Below are positions 59,105 to 64,000 of a DNA stretch of 64,000 nucleotides, one piece after another. The translations under genes and the position numbers were made by a program. The notes beneath the pieces were generated by a model, which worked only from the letters and a program-made list of their open reading frames with translations, had not been told where the DNA came from and did no database searches. The stretch spans positions 52,452,001 through 52,516,000 of the forward strand of contig NW_027361684.1 in assembly GCF_039654945.1 (NCBI RefSeq). Reading direction: 5' to 3'. Positions within the stretch are counted from its first letter, which is position 1; each line of letters starts with the position of its first letter. This DNA is from Dendrobates tinctorius (taxonomy: Eukaryota).

Positions 59105-61579
59105 TGTGACGGAGTCAGCTTACGCTGAGTCGATTTCTTTAGAGTGGACCCTCTGGGTCGTGGCACCCACCCACCTAGGGCGAGCTGAACTGGTGAGGAA
59201 CCACCCCCTATACAGAGAGTGTCAGGGGCAAGACCAAGGGGGTGAGCCATCACGACTGCTGGAACCAGACGGCCGGCTCAAGTAGACACTAGGTACGAGT
59301 GTCTGATGACAAAGGACGTGCAGGAAACAAGACAATACGTGAATTCAAGGAATCTTCATTAAGGCAAATTCAGGATAACATTAAGTGCAAAACGTAACAG
59401 GCAAACACAGCAAGGTGCATGCGTGGCACGCCAAGGTCCATGGCATGGTACGTGCCAGAAGGTAAGCCTGGTTACCGGCAAGGACATGATGGCATCGGAC
59501 TCCGGACAGCTGGCAAGGATCAGGGCATCAGGCTGCGGACACCAGCTCCAGACATCAGGCCGCAGTCTTCATGCTTACGATCTCTGGCAGTGATGGCAGG
59601 TTCCGGGAATCCAGCAGGCAATCCAAGGTACAGGCAAGGAGGCCCGACAGATCTCCAGACATGGTGCGTGTTAGGGAACACGCCGAGGTCCAAGGCAAGA
59701 TTCCAGGCAGGGTGCGTGCTAGGGGCTCACCAGGGTCCAAGGCAAGGTGCAAGGTGCGTGTGTAGGGGACACGCCAGGTTTAACGTGCAAAGTACGGTGC
59801 GTGTGTAGGGGACACGCCAGGGTTCAAAGTTCAACATACGAGACAGGGTGCGCGTAAAGACATGCCAGGGTTCGAAGTCCAAGGCAAGGTCCTGCGCGTG
59901 CCAAGGGGCACGCCAGGGCCAAGGTTCAAGGCAGAATCCTGCGCGTGCAGAGGGGCACGCCAAGGTCAGGGTTCGAGGCAGAGTCCTGCGTGTGCAGAGG
60001 GGCACACCAGGGGCAGGGTTCGAGGCAGAGTCCTGCGCGTGCAGAGGGGCACGCCAGGGTCAGGGCTTGAGGCAGAGTCCTGCGCGTGCAGAGGGGCACG
60101 GCAGGGTCAGGGTTAAAAGCAGAGTCCTGCGCGTGCAGAGAGGCATGCCAGGGTAAGGCTAGGACCTGTGCGTGCTAGAGGGCACGACAGGGTACATGAC
60201 AAGACCTGTGCGTACTTTTACAGAAGCACGCAAAGCACAGTGCAGAGACAGCGTGGGTGCAGGGAAACAGAGAGCACAGCTGGGCACTGGCTAGCTGGGC
60301 GGGCTGCAGCACAGACAGGCGGGCAAGACTCCAGCGAACCCGGCTGGGGCATAACAGGCGACACAGCTGTCACTGGCAGACGAACACGGCTGAGGCACAA
60401 GCAGGCGGGCATGGCTAGGGCGGGCACGGCTGAGGCACAAACAGGATTCTAGGAAGGCCAGGCGCATGCAAAGGGCACACGAAGAAACAAGGCAAGGCAA
60501 GAAACCAGGAAGACAGGAAGACAAGGTGCAGGGCAATGAGCAGAACGTAGGCAGAAACACAGAATCAGGTCAGAGTGAGAACAGAGCTAGCAGCGGAGCG
60601 TAGGACGAAGCCCAGAGCAGGGTCAAGAGGGACCCTTGAAACTAGCCCCGAAATGTGCAAGGGAGCACAAAAAACGTCAGAGAGCAGGAATGGTGCATGT
60701 GCCAGGAGGCACAACAGAGCACCATAGGTAAGAGAGGAGGAATGGTGCGTGTGCCGGGAGGCACCACAGAGCATCATAGGTCAGAGCAAGGAAGAACAAG
60801 CAAAGACAGAGATCATAGGAAGGACCACAAGGCAAAGCATAGCAGAGGCAAGACATGGCAAAGCAGGCAAGGCAGAGAACACAGGAAGAACTACAAGTCC
60901 AAGCATGACAGAGACAAAACATGGCACAAAGGACAAACATAAGACAAGGCACGGGACAACAGGCAGAGTAAAAGCACAGAGCATGTGAAGAGACAGGGCA
61001 GAGTGCAGGGGCACAAAATACAGAGAGCGACCGAGCAGACCAAGCAGCCATGCAGGGAAGCAACACGATACTCAGGCCCCGACCATAGGAAGGGGCGGTC
61101 TGATATAGGGCATTAGCACCTGCACTTCTGGGTCAGGACCAGGGGCAAACTGCCGGTTCTGTTCCTCCAGGATCATAGAGAGCGTTGCTAGATCAGACTG
61201 TGCTGGACCATAGAGAAGGTCACATAATCAGGGGCTCCACAAACACTGAGAGGTTAGCTGGGTCAGGCAGTGCTGGAAAATAGGAAAGGTCACATGATCA
61301 GGGGCTCCAGGAATTCAGAGAGGATTGCAAAATCAGAGCAGAGACGGATGGTTACCTAGCAACGGCGTGCAGCCATGAGGTAAGGCACGCGTGCACACTG
61401 CTACAGGTATCTTGCAGCACACCAGTCACGAGGTCCGTGTGCACACTGCTTCCAGGGATCTTGCAGCATGAGACATAACGGGCATGAGAATTTAGTGCAC
61501 GTGCACACTGCTCCAGGGTTCATGCAGCACAACAGACATGGCGGGCATGACAGGCATAACGGACATGGCGGGCATGACA
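59105..61579. mobile_element. 2475-bp solo LTR-like insertion
   Basis: TGTGAC...ATGACA with 5-bp TSD ATAAC; no coding motifs. Confidence 0.85.
59650..60200. repeat. 47-bp GC-rich tandem repeat
   Basis: GAGTCC recurs at 59981, 60028, 60075 and 60122; degenerate copies lie further left. Confidence 0.85.
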
Positions 61580-61939
61580 ATAACTCTGAAATGCTTCCAT
61601 GGATCCCACTGATTCTGACCTTGTTTTCTCGTGACATATTGTACTTCATGTTAGTGGTAAAATTTCATTGATATAACTTGCGTTTGTGAAAAAAACGGAA
61701 ACTTGGCGAAAATTTTTAAAATTTCGCAATTTTCCAACTTTGAACTTTTATGCCCTTAAATCACAGAGATGTGGCACACAAAAAACTTAATAAGTAACAT
61801 TTCACATATGTTTACTTTACATCAGCACAATTTTGGAACCAAAATTTTTTTTTTTGTTAGAAAGTTATAAGGGTTAAAAGTTGACCAGCGATTTCTCATT
61901 TTTGCAATACCATTTTATTTTTACGGACCACATCACATT

Positions 61940-62571
61940 TTTATTATTATTATTACTATTTATTTATATAGCGCCATTGATTCCATGGTGCTGTACATGA
62001 GAAGGGGTGACATACAAATTACAGATATCACTTACAGTAAACAAACTAACAATCACAGACTGACAGAGGGGAGAGAGGACCCTGACCTTTTGGGCTTACA
62101 TTCTACAGGATGGTGGAGAAGGAGACAGTAGGTTGGGGGGGTTGCAGCAGCTCCAGTGATGGTGAGGCGGTAGCTCCAGTAGTGGTGAGGAGGTAGCGGG
62201 GTCATTGCAGGCTGTAGGCTTTCCTGAAGAGATGGGTTTTCAGGTTCCGTCTGAAGGATCCGAGTGTGGTTGATAGCCGGACGTGTTGGGGCAAAGAATT
62301 CCAAAGGATGGGGGCTATTCGGGAGAAGTCTTGGAGGCGGTTGGGTGAAGAGCGAATAAGTGTGCAGGAGAGGAGGTGGTCTTGGGAGGATCGGAGATTA
62401 CGCGAGGGAAGATATCGGGAGATTAATTCAGAGATATTGAAGGAGACAGGTTATAGATGGCCTTGTAGGCCAGTATTAGTAATTTGAATTGGATACACTG
62501 AGGGAATGGAAGCCAGTGAAGAGATTTGCAGAGGGGAGAAGCGGAGGAGGAGCGAGGAGAGAGATGAATTA
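61940..62571 (-). mobile_element. L2 3' fragment
   Basis: Same tail as at 48455 and 28300-28490; cut by the Tc1 insertion. Confidence 0.88.

Positions 62572-64000
<1,429 letters not shown>

Larger units (their letters stand above)
59019..61938. mobile_element. piggyBac-like element end, interrupted by a large LTR-like insert
   Basis: TTAA-CCCCTT start; 61585-61938 resembles the reverse complement of 47100-47370. Confidence 0.7.

Noticed and set aside
59419-61066. Many overlapping Arg/Gly- or Cys/Leu-rich ORFs
   Set aside because: Derived from tandem repeats and strand-biased composition in the long LTR.

Overview
Eukaryotic, transposon-saturated DNA, most likely intronic or intergenic sequence from an anuran amphibian (inferred from the repeat families; no host gene could be named). 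The main element is an apparently intact 6.95-kb PIF/Harbinger transposon (13050-19995, TAA TSD). It carries a spliced DDE transposase, a convergent multi-exon MADF/Myb-like gene, and two internal tandem arrays built from long hairpins. The window also holds: a degenerate Ngaro-type tyrosine-recombinase retrotransposon whose SGNH hydrolase appears to be reached by splicing; two chromoviral Gypsy elements with Tf1/sushi-type self-priming signals; a non-autonomous tRNA-Ser-primed LTR element carrying a cold-shock-domain remnant; several solo LTRs; L2 LINEs with 2A-like motifs; three Penelope-like inserts with hammerhead-like motifs; hAT, piggyBac, Kolobok, Tc2 and Harbinger MITEs or remnants; and an uninterrupted Tc1 DD34E transposase ORF at the right edge. 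Nesting reaches four levels. A few short candidate host exons are listed at low confidence. All calls come from reading by eye; no database search or RNA folding was run.
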